From Rhodosorus marinus CCMP1338 (lineage: Eukaryota; Plantae; Rhodophyta), in the NCBI GenBank assembly GCA_029953675.1, contig JAMWBK010000002.1:558001-622000 (forward strand): a stretch of DNA of 64,000 nt, in the 5' to 3' direction. The notes under the pieces were generated by a model. The model was not told where the DNA came from. It worked only from the letters and a program-made list of their open reading frames with translations, and did not search any database. This document shows positions 1 through 11,172 of this stretch, piece by piece. Each line of letters opens with the position of its first letter. The stretch's first letter is position 1. A program made the translations under genes and the position numbers.

Positions 1-743
1 AGAAGGGATTGAACTTGCTGAGCCTCCTGACGGCAACAACCATCATCGAATTCGACGAGCAATACACTTGCAAATGTGAGTTACTACTAGATGTTCATTT
101 CGTTATCAGAACATGGAAACCTTTGCTAGAGTCACCAACAGGCGATTGAGCACTGGGCTTCGTCGGAGTTGACTTTTCTTTGGCAGCCCCCCACTGTAGA
201 GCGTCTAGCTGACGTCGTTTCGCGGTTGCTCCTTTTCTCTGCCATCCCTCTGGGACATCACATATGGCTAACATCCACGTTCGCTTCAACAGTGTTCAAT
301 TTTGATGGCGCCAAGGATTATTATATGAAGGCAGACTCCAAGCAATACCTCTCAAAGGTCAAGGTTCCCGTTCTTGTCATCAACGCACGTGATGATCCTA
401 TTGTTGAAGAGCGGACTTTGCCAACAGCGAAGGACCTTGGCGATGCTCCAATTTTGTTGGTAACGTGGAATCAGACCCAAGAGTCCTACGCAATGCTTTT
501 CCGGCTTTCGTTAACGGGTTGTTCTTCTTTCTCCACTGTGTGCTTTTACTGCAGCACTATACGGATACCGGAGGCCATTGTGGGTTTGTAGATGCCAGAT
601 TCGGTTCGTCGTATATCATACACGAGGCTTGTCGCTTTATTGCACGAATTGACTCCCTGGCTGATGAGGTAGTGTCTTCGTCTGCAATTCCATCCGTTGT
701 CATTGCGTCGAAAAGTCCAGACCACAGCTCCAGGAACCAATGA
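1..743 (+). CDS. Alpha/beta hydrolase, ABHD1-3/YheT family (5' partial, spliced)
   Basis: Exons give TIIEFDEQYTCK / FNFDGAKDYYMKADSKQYLSKVKVPVLVINARDDPI / TDTGGHCGFVD, matching the family motifs EFD..T...F..DYY, NA.DDP and GGHCGF. Confidence 0.85.
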
Positions 744-998
744 GCAAATCTTGAGTGAGTTCGATTAATGCTTCTGCTACCCCAACTGGCATTGGGAATT
801 ACGATGGATCCTCTTGGGCAGGAGTTAAAGACCTGATCTTAGGATGTACTTCTCTAGGCACCGCTCGTGCTTCTCGAGCGCTAAGTTATACCAAAAAAGG
901 GAAAACTACCGGGAATTGTATTTTCCGAATGAAACCCGAAGAGGTTTTGGTTCTCCACAGTTCCGATGAAGTTCTTTTGTCTCGAGCTCCTCCGAATC

Positions 999-1614
999 TT
1001 AGACCTCATCATTGAAGCCTTCTAGGTTTCTTGCAATTTCGATCACGTAGAACTGCCCTCGAGGTACAAGCGTGGTATTCGTTTCCTCATATTTGCCGCG
1101 GCTGTCTACTCTCAGCAGCGTACCAAAGTTGTAGTCATCCTCCCTGTAACAGGAACCAGCCGTTCAACTTTAGCGCGATTCCAACAAGGGTCCGGAGTGG
1201 GCGCCTGCGGAAATCTCTCGCATTGTCTAATGGCTTACACATATCTCTTGACAAAGCCGTCTAAAAACGCCCTCCACTTCGCTTTCCCTTCTTTAGACTT
1301 CATTTGCTCTTCGTCGATGACGCCAACTGTGAGGTCGGGGAAAGCCGCTCGGAAAGCCGCGTACAACTCGGCGTCAGCGCTGGTTCGCGAAGAGACCCGC
1401 CAAAGCGTAACATCAGGAAAGATTAGAGGATCTCAAGCTGTTAGGTATTCGAAAAACAATGTCGCGAGCCCATTCGAAACCAGTCCCACCTTGTCACCCT
1501 CATTTTCTTCACTTCCGGGAGACCTGTCAACAGCTCCCAGTGACGGTCAGCGAAACCGATGGCTGCGGTCGCCCAGCTCATCTCAAGCCCCTCAGCGTTC
1601 TCGTAGTTCTCCAT
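999..1614 (-). CDS. PBDC1: Polysaccharide biosynthesis domain protein (PBDC1/DUF757), spliced
   Basis: Spliced translation includes LEMSWA, DAELYAAFRAAFPDL, EEQMKSKEGKAKWRAF and DYNFGTLLRVDSRGKYEETNTTLVPRGQFYVIEIARNLEG, which are hallmark PBDC1 blocks. Confidence 0.88.
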
Positions 1615-2020
1615 ATCGGCCAACGTTTTGCGTTTCCTCTGATTGTCGCGCCTGTGCCTCTTCCCATTCTTAGGAAGCAAGCGTCGCAGAGAATAACGCC
1701 TTTCCCGTCCGTTCGCCAAAAAATGCGAATCCCTAGCACCCAACGAAGTAATTGCTTCCGTTGGGTGCAAGCACTGAGCGAAGCGGCTCTAGGGTGCTGC
1801 TTTTTCTTTGCGAGTTATGATGGGAGGAGTGATGCTTGTGAGGGCTCGCTGGCAAACCCTTATGGACTGATTTGGTTGAAACTGGGAAAGCCTTTGCTGA
1901 ACCGGAGACAGTTTCTTGGGAGTGTTCCTGTTCACCACTTGGCTTTTGTTGGACGTACGCGCTTGTCTATGCGTTGCCTCACTTAGAGGAGGAATTTGTA
2001 AACATTCCAAGACTTGAGAG

Positions 2021-2250
2021 CTTCGTTTTCCACGGCACTTGGACTTGAGCTTTATTCACGCCAGTGAGCGAGATAAGCTCAAGGAATCACTGATTTCGCT
2101 TTTCCGCAGTACATCACGTGAGCTTTGTTCACTTCAGTATGCGCGAGGTCAGCTCAAGGAATGACCAATTTCGCTTTTTCGTGGTACCTGCACCTGAGCT
2201 TTGTTCACTTCAGTATGCACGAGGTCAGCTCAAGGGATGACCGATTTCCG
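2021..2250. repeat. Degenerate tandem repeat of about 73-76 bp, about 3 copies
   Basis: TGAGCTTT(G/A)TTCAC...AGCTCAAGG(A/G)AT starts at 2046, 2119 and 2195. Confidence 0.85.
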
Positions 2251-2357
2251 TTTAAGAAAAAAATAGTCAGATCTCGTTCTGCAGTAGTTTACATGTCACA
2301 GGGTTGCCCCTGACGAACAGTCAGCTAGTTAGGTTTCCGTCTTGCACTAGACATCAG

Positions 2358-5215
2358 TCAATGACCGCATCTGTCCAACAGCTTTTCCTACAGTGTGATC
2401 AGAACATTCGTCAGCCACGTGAAAGTGGTTCAAAGGGTTGATCTTTTTTTGCGTACCAGTTCTGGCGGTCTATCTGGATCCAACTCCACTGTGATGCGCG
2501 CTAGGAATGCTCTTGTCGCCATCCAGCCCATCGCCGAAGAACTGGGCCATTCTCGGGGAAGACTTGTTTCAATGACTTCGGAAAAGGTTTCCAGAGCATC
2601 ATCGACAGACCGATTAGCGAGTTCCCTGACGTACGGGAGCATGCACCCAGAAATCAGGTCGCGGAGAATGTGAGAGCCAAGTCTCTTCCGAAGTTCGTCC
2701 TGGTTCGGGGTCCCGTCCACAGCATTACGCCAGAGCGCTGCGCACTTCACTGCCTTTCCACAAGCCCATATTTGACGTCGCAGGTACCGCCTGGAACACT
2801 CGCCCAGAGAGACTTCCTTGGACGTTATCAGAGTTTCTGATGCTCTCAATAGGCGCTGCATCAGGTCCTCAAAGAGCTTGTCAAGTCTGCTTCTTTTTCC
2901 AAGCTCTTGGGAAAACCCAGTCTGTCCACAGAAAAAGAATCGCGATCCGTTATTACATGACCTAGAACGATGATGAACTACACCAGTCCGCGTGGTACGT
3001 ACCATTTCACGGAACACTTCTACTCCGGCTTCGTTCTCCCTCTCACTGCGCTGATCGAGCCAGAAATTTATGAAGTTGGACGTGACGGGCAAAACCTCTC
3101 CCAGTACGATCTATCCCACACGTAAAGAAAAGGAATGAGAAAGCCAAAGAACAGGGGTCAGTATGAAACACACAAACGTATTCAAGCAGAGCCCAAAAAA
3201 CCGTCTGACTTACACTAGGAAGCAGATTAGAATCACTAGAATACGGAGATTGCTCGGAATAGCCACGAATCTCGCTGCAAGATTCCAAGGACTTGAGATC
3301 CGGATCAGAGAGAACACTCCACAAGGCAACATCCAACTGCACAAATGGTAAACACAGAGCTTCTATCCAACCGCTTCGGAATGCTTCTGAATAAGAATCA
3401 AGATTGTTGTTCCTCCACCTTTCACACATATTGAGAACTGAGTGTAGCTTCGCATACTCTGCAGAGACCTCCTCCAGAATGTCGTTGGAATTGTCAATGG
3501 CTGGTGCAGCTTCATCCTCACTAGTTGACCAGCCCTCGGGGTTTGGGCCTCCGGTTCTTGCAGCCCTTCTTTTTGATCGCCGTTCTAGCCTTCTCTCTCG
3601 TCTTTCTTCTGCATGCGTCTTCCTCACCCCAGTCAGTTCACGTCCAAACTCATCCTAGGCACCATATGAATGAGCGAATTGCAACGTCAGAGAACATGAA
3701 GCAAATGGTTCAAGCGCTGGTTCAACGGTCATAGCCAGCTCACCAGTTCAAGGACATCCCGAACAGTGTGCCCTTTATTGGTACCGTTTGGTTGCACTTG
3801 ATCCGAAGACGACCGCGAGTGCGCGGCGGAACTTGATGAGGACGCAGAGGAAGAGGAGGATGAACTCGAGGACGATGACGAATCCTCAGAATCAGAAGGC
3901 AATACAATCTTGCTCTCTACTCCGTTTTCTTCAGCTTCCTCGAGGAAATCCTTCCTTCGACGCAGGTCTCTCCTCTTTCCCGCCGTTTTCCATTCTTTCT
4001 TGGAGAGCTCCAGTCTCTGTTCAATCTGAGACGTAAGACACAAAAAAAAAAGCCTAAGGGCGTGAAGAGAATAAGACGCATGTTTCGGGGGACACCTACA
4101 ACTCAGCCCAGGCTTACCGTAGGTCCCTTTTCAGCCAACATCTCCAGCAAATTGCTGAAATAGTCTAACAGGTCTCGAAACAGTTCCTCCTTATCGTCTT
4201 GTCCAAGGCTCTGCCTTTTGTAAACAACAGCGTCTTCTCCAGCCTGAGTTGATGCCCTTGTTTCGCGTACGTTTGTATCCTCAAAGTCCTCTAGCTGGCC
4301 AGAAATATTTTGCATCTCGATTTGAACGAGTTCAACTGCATCGGATAGACCTAAACCCATCTGTGCCATATCCTTGGAAAGCTCCTTGTCTATGATTGAA
4401 GCACACGATTTCTTCCTGGCAGATTTCAACACGTCATCAGCCTCCCCTTGCAGCCCAGCACGTCGGAGCTGCTCCATATGCCACTGATCCTCCTCTGGGT
4501 CTGATGGAGGATATTGCATGTTATCAAAAGCTTCGTTGGCTTGTGCTGTACGGAGTTCATCTTTTCTTTGTTTTGAGCTCCCGAACTCGTCGAAGCTGTC
4601 CTCAGTGGGCCACCGACTATATACATTTCTTGAACCATCTAAGGGGATGAAATCCTCTACCTTGCTCTCGTCATTAGGAACTGGATCCGCGTCTTGCCCC
4701 TTATTCCGATTTACCGAGCGCAGTGCTCGAGCTTGTGCAACGGTGTACTCACTCGCGTGCAAACCTGGATCCTCATGAGTCGTCCACGCGGGCAGAGGCG
4801 GTAAGGCACCATCAATTTCAGCAGGAGCATTCGCAAAAGTCTCCTCCGCGAGCCTCTTCAAACCTTCCTCTGTGTAGGCGCCCGTCGAGCCAGATCTGGT
4901 CGCTGCCGTTGCGAACGTGCGCTCATCAAACTCCACCTTCGCAGAGCCAAAACCTCTCCTCTTCCGTTCCTTTTTCTCCTTATTTTTCTTCTTCTTCTTC
5001 TTCTGCTCCCCCTTCTCGCTCAACCATGCTCCTCCTTCGCCGTCGCTGGAGGTCTGATCATCCTTCGTCAGGACCACAAGCTCATTCCTCGCCTTTGGTG
5101 CCGCCGCGTTTCTCTCCTCTTCAATCGTGATTAAATGATCCTCACCTTCAGTCTCCTCGTCAGAGTCTCCCAAGGTCTTCTTCCTCAGGTTCCTTGACTT
5201 CCTTGAACGGAACAT
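2358..5215 (-). CDS. GC-rich sequence DNA-binding factor (PAXBP1/GCFC2-like spliceosome-associated factor), spliced
   Basis: Starts MFRSRKSRNLRKK..DSDEE, like PAXBP1. Contains EQWHMEQLRRA, LLEMLAEKGPT|IEQRLE, and the GCF C-terminal block EEVSAEYAKLHSVLNMCERWRNNNLDSYSEAF...LPFVQLDVALW. Confidence 0.8.
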
Positions 5216-5908
5216 CTCTCGAATCCGGTCCCTCCCAACTACCGCTCCAAACAAGCACCCTCATCAAAACTACTCTTATCTCCAAGGAGTTATACGTCAT
5301 AGTCCAGAAGCGAATGATATCAACACATTTCAAGGGCCAAATAAATGGCCGATGATACAAGCGTTCGCTGTCAATCCTCCTTCCCCATCACGAATCTTAC
5401 ATCCGACCATGATGCATGTCGACAAACCTACGGGCACAGCAGCAACTGACACCTGCCCAAAAATTACCGAATTATATTTTGTTCCCAATAGTGTGCTCTG
5501 TCAAACCGAACTGAAGGTAAGCTGAAGGCGAGGCTTCGAGGGAATATTTGCATCCTACAGGTATTGATAGAGCCTACTTGTGAAACCAAACACAGCACAT
5601 ACCCGAAGCCCGCGAGATTGTTCGCTCTGTGCAGGGTGTGGAGTAGCCCCTGATCCAAACGTACGGAGTTTGAATCGATTGAAAACACTTCACTATCCGC
5701 CAAAGCGTAAGCGATTTCATGGATGCCGTAACAAGCTGTTTAGAGTGCGAATGGCCTTTATCACCAAGGGCTACTTCGCCATCTTGAGCGACTAGAGCCC
5801 AACGACTTGTGAAATTGGTCGGGTGAAACTTCTCTCGAGTTTAATTGGTAAAAAAGTAAATAGATAGTGGTGTGGCAAGTACCAGCCTACTTCCCTCGGC
5901 GGCTGGGA

Positions 5909-7180
5909 TTAAAAGTTATCCAATCTTATGCCAAAGTCGCTGCTGGTGGATACAAGCGAGATGACATTCCACGACGCTTTTGCCACCTGGTCTTCACGGA
6001 TGAAGTTCGCCCCAAATCCCTTCCCTGTCTTCAGCATGTTTGCGAGGGAGAATTCAGTGTAGGCTACAAGTTTAGTTTCCTGAGACATGCTGTATATCTG
6101 TTTTGGAAGAAATCAGGAAGCGGGCACACTCTTTGTCAGAATCCTCAGCAATGGAGCGGCAGCGTGGGAAAGCAAAGCTCACCTTCCAGATTTCAATGCG
6201 AGTACTATTAGTCTGAACTCCGGCATTCAACATGGACTCCTCAAGCGACAGAAGCTCAAAAGGACTGGAGGTTTCAACCCGGGTAGACTCCGTCCTGTAG
6301 ACAGGGGTCCATCCTCCATTTTCCATTGGTCGCAAAAATTCAATGAAACATTTCGTCATACTCGATAAAAGGTGCTCGACTTTGCCGAAGCGAATTTCGA
6401 AGGTCATCATTCGGTTTGGACTAGGCAGTCGAATCCGATCCACGCCAAGGAAAGCCGTCCCAGCGTGCTTTCGTGTGTATTCGTTCTGGAGTACGAAGGA
6501 TTTCATATTTGTTCTGTCTTCCAACAGCTGCGTGCGAAAACGGGAGACCATCCACATTAAAATCATGGCTAAAACTTGAAGGTAGACGATTCAATGCCAC
6601 CCAACCTCCTTCATTTGAAACTGCACTTCTCCAATGAAGTCGTGCTTGGAAAGCTTTTCGAGCTCAGAGTCTCGATCACAGAATACTATGCGAAGCCGAG
6701 ACTCCATGGGTACGTTGTCAACCAGGAACTTGGTTACAAATCTGGGGCTCAGCTCCTCCCAGACAGTCTCTGTCCGTCCAAACTCTTTAAAATCCCCGGC
6801 CGTCGGTTCCTTCACGAAGACCACAGCGAACGGGTCGCTCTTGGATCGTCTATCGAGATCCATAAAGTTGGTACCATGTATGCTCATTTCAAATCTGTAC
6901 TTGCCCATATTTAATGACGGTCCAGTCACCCAATCCTTACACAAGCCCCCGAACAGGTTGCTGTTGGATTCAAAAAAACTTGGCACTCCACAAACGCTTC
7001 TTGCTCGGTTGACAAATCCTACCTTACACTCGGGGGGCTTTCAGCAGCGCCCGTTGAAGGGAACTTTCTGTCCACCCTTTAACGGCGATGTTCTAGTGTG
7101 ATGGAGTCAGCGGGTACTCGGGGCACCAACCACTGGATCTGCAGTTCAGCAAAGCACGGCTTGTGGGCTCTACGTCCGTC
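5909..7180 (-). CDS. Tandem C2-domain protein (copine-like N-terminal half); start uncertain
   Basis: C2A block MDLDRRSKSDPFAVV...FGRTETVWEELSPRFVTKF...DRDS...HDFIGEVQF, followed by a second C2 block (FIEFLRPMENGGWTPVYRTE). The frame stops at 5909-5911. Confidence 0.75.
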
Positions 7181-7552
7181 ATCTCACGGAATTGCTGACT
7201 AGGAAAGGCCCTAGCTTCCAGCTACGGGAGCTGATAAACGCTGCCCAGCGGGACAGAAAAAAGTTTCAGATGTTTATTAAAAGGAAGGCCATTTAGCTCC
7301 CCACAAGGACAGTAAAACGTCCACCTATACAACCAAAAGTTACTTTTAGAGGAACCGCATTCCCGATCTGAACTGTTCAAGTGCAGCAGTTGCCCAAGCC
7401 GTCTCGAGAACGAGTCGCAAGAACGCTGAATATGTAAAATAATGATGTTCCATGAAACGAAGTACACGTCCATCACCAGAACGGTGTTATTCTGTTGCTC
7501 ATCTTGCAGATATCCGCTCCTGAAGCACGCCTGCCCCTTAAGGCCTGGCGAT

Positions 7553-9484
7553 TTAGTTGGCCTCGTTCTGTATGACCTTTTCAGCTTCATCGCCACCGCA
7601 TCTAGTCGTGTACTGGATGTCCTCAAGTGGTGCAATATTGGTATTGCATCTGAAAATATTGTCCGGATCGTAAATCGACTTGATCTCCCGCAGACGCTGC
7701 AAATTCCCGGCGAAGGATTCAGGAGCGGATCCACAGTCGTAGTTCATATAGCTTGTACCGTTGTAGTACGGCTCAAACATGCTAGTTGACCTGCTAATCC
7801 AGTCCTGTTCAGCAGCGAAACAAAATCAGGACCGCGAAGATGATGAGCTTTGGATCTTCTATTCCAAGCATTGAGCAATCCAGAAATAGTCACGTCTCAC
7901 CATCAGTTCCGACCGTTCCTTTTCGTTGTGGTACCCATAGCCAGTGAAGGACATAATTACCGCACTATCACGGTGATAGTAGGCGGTCGCGTCGGAGGGA
8001 AACTTGAGAACTTTTCCTCCGTAATGCTCCAAGACGAGGATGGAGTAGTCAGAAGACTGAAATCGAAGCAACAGGCCGGGAGAATGTTAGATACTTGGAC
8101 GAGGAATTGTTTGAAACTGAAAAGATTCTCTAAAACTCACAGCCTGAATACTCTCCACCACGAGCTTCGGAGGGATTTTAGCGCCCATAGTGACATTTCT
8201 CGATTTCCAGTAAGTTGGTACTCCCTTAACGCTGTACATCTCATTGCTTGAATTCTGATGCTGCACATAGGTCTTTGGGGCTATTTGGTTGACCACGCAG
8301 GGTGCACAGTGAATTAACGGATGTAGAAGGTGGTATCCCTCCTCAGGCGGCCCAACGTACGATGCCTGTGCCAAATTACAAGTGGCTAGGTTAGTCATGT
8401 TCGACTGTGGTCTTTGCTTCACAGGGAGAAATGATTACCAGCAAAGACACATATTTCTTCCCGTCCGATGGAGAAGGTACTGAGTACATGTGCACTGTTA
8501 GTTCCAGGGGAAGATCCGGATCCGCTACAAACTTCATGTACTCGGAAATGACCTTTTCTGCATATTGCATATCATATAGAATCATTCCCGCCAATATTTG
8601 CTTCGGACAATCAAACAAGCGCATTGTAAATGAAACAATGCACCCAAAGTTTGACTGTCCCCCTCGGATTGCCCAGAAGAGATCAGGTTCCGACTCACGA
8701 GAAACATTGTGCAGCACTCCTCGCGCGCAAACTATCTCCGCCGATACCACATTATCCACGCTCAGCCCCTAAAGATTGGAGACGGTTAACCCTCGTTTCT
8801 GCGCCTGCAGTTTATAAGTGGTGGAGCTCATACCTCTTTTCTCGTGAAATGTCCGAGTCCTCCTCCGGAGACGAGCCCACCTGCTCCAGCGTTGCCGACA
8901 GCCCCGAGAACAGTGCACAGGTTGTACTTTGTCGCTTCCGCGTCAATGTCTTTGATACGACAGCCGCCTTGGAACTTGACTAGTCTTTTCTCGGGGTCTA
9001 CCTCCACTTTCCTCATATTTTTTCCAAGATCGATTACGATTCCACCTACTGATGTTGACAAGCCCTTTATCGAGTGCCCGCCACATCGAAAAGCAATTCC
9101 AATCTTGTTTTTCTTCGCATAGAGAATGCTCTTCTGTACGTCCTCCGTAGAACGAACCTGTACAATTGCAATCGGGCTACTCCGAATTTTCCAGTCCCCG
9201 TTCCATATCACCGCAGCGTCAACGAACGCTTGGCCATCCTCGGGTGTGATAATATCACCCTCGATGCTTTCTCTCAAGTCGTTTAAGTCGAAGGTACCTA
9301 GTGCGTTCTCTACTTCTTGCTCCTCTTCTTGCGGCACCTGAAGGTCCTCCCCTTGCTCAACAGCCTCTTCGGCAGTCCCTGCCTTCGTGCCCGGATCCTC
9401 TTCTGTCCCTTCACTCGCCTCCGCCCGCACAGGTTCGGCGACCGCACTCGCCTTGTTAGGAGTCTTCTCGGTCGCCCCACCCAT
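7553..9484 (-). CDS. FAD-linked oxidoreductase, BBE/6-hydroxy-D-nicotine oxidase-like, spliced
   Basis: FRCGGHS (covalent-FAD His motif), GGLVSGGGLGHFTRK, DLFWAIRGGQSNFGCIVSF, and C-terminal YMNY..GNLQRLREIKSIYDPDNIF. The 3' end is approximate. Confidence 0.9.
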
Positions 9485-11172
9485 ATCGCAGTTTCACGTC
9501 CAGCAAACCAGTTACCGACGAGAGTTGAAATCTAAAAACCCTACAACGCAACCTGTGCGGAGAATCGGCGTGCTACAAAAACAGCTCCTAAAACAAAAGT
9601 AAAACCCAGCTCACGTGTCCAGAGACAGAACTATAAACAGCCACCACCCCTCAACGAACGTCCAACTCCTCCAACGACCTTACCGCGCAAAGCGCACACA
9701 CACACAGAGCAACCCACCTGATCCAGTAGTAGCTCCTAGAACACCTCGATCCCAATTGCAACTCCTTCCCAACCACCTAACAAACCAAACATCCCAGATC
9801 AAAACACAAACCAAAACCAAAAAAAAAAAACAGCTGCAAATCCAGCAAAAAACCCTCCAGGCCAACTTTTTTTCCCAAAAACCTCCTCCTCACCCCCTCA
9901 AAGTCCAAACTCCGACACTAGAAAAACATGAATATCATCAAGCAAAACTCCACTCCTTAAAACCCAGCTTTTCTCTCCCACATTTCGTCCCCTCCCTCCA
10001 AACCTCCTCCTAAAAATCCTACCCTAACCCTACCCGCACCGAAAAACAAGAAACCACACCCTTACATATACACTTCTCAACTTTCTCCCTTCCACCCCCA
10101 CCCTCCTCCCCAAAATTCCCAAACGCCATTTTCTCCTTACCACATCATCGTCCCACTTTTTCCAATTTCATTTTAGATTAAATTAGCTGGGATCCTCGAT
10201 CTTTAAACTCAAGAATCAATTCTATTGGTTCAAATTTTCTAATTTGATCTATACCAACCAAATAATTTTTATTTTATTTGTGTTTAGGCGAAAAGCTTCT
10301 CAAAAACTTTAATTGTTTTGAACATATTTTGTGGCTTAACGGGAGAGCGGAGGGGGTTGATGGGATGACACTTTGGTGCCTTGACGTAGGACTATTGTTT
10401 TCGCTTTCTGCTGCCCCTCGGGCAGCTGACGTGGGACGACTCTCTTTAGTTAGAGAATTTGAGAAGGGTTCGAGTTTTTATTTTGTTTTTTGATGTTTTT
10501 TGGGTCTCTATGGAGATCTTGTTTAGGCAGTCTTATAAGACAGGGGGGGTGGGGTTTGGAATAGGGACATCAGTTGGGAAAGCTTCCTAGGCGAGCATGG
10601 AGTTTACTTTGGATCTTATGCCGACCTGGTTTCACCGAACTTGAGTTCGCTTGTCATCGAATATGAACGTCGAACCCATCCCCCCACCCACCGCCTCAAT
10701 GGATAGAGGCGTGATTACTCACGGGGTCTTTCGGGGAGGGTGACCTCTTCTCCGTGCTAAGCGGGGGAATGTTTTATACATTATCACACTCAAAGCTGAC
10801 CACCGCTCGGTCCATAGATGGAGGCATGCGTGGAGACCAAGAGTTTCTTTAAGGATGTCTCTTCTTCTTGAGATGGGTCCACCTCTTTAGGATTGCTCTC
10901 TATTCGCTAGTCCAACGTCGACCCTTCTGGGGATTGTCATGAGGATGAATTCTAGGGATTCGCCAACGAAGATAGAAAAGCACATCGTCAGTAGACTAGC
11001 AATGGCACAGACCATGGACGAGCTCACATCTCCCTCATCTGAACATTGGGCGCCTGCGTTAAGCTGCGAGCAGTGGAGGTATTTCACCATCTTCTGTTTC
11101 TTTATTCCTTTACAAGCTCAGCTCACTATAAACATCATTCTGGGTACCATATTTCGGAAATCAACATGGTGC

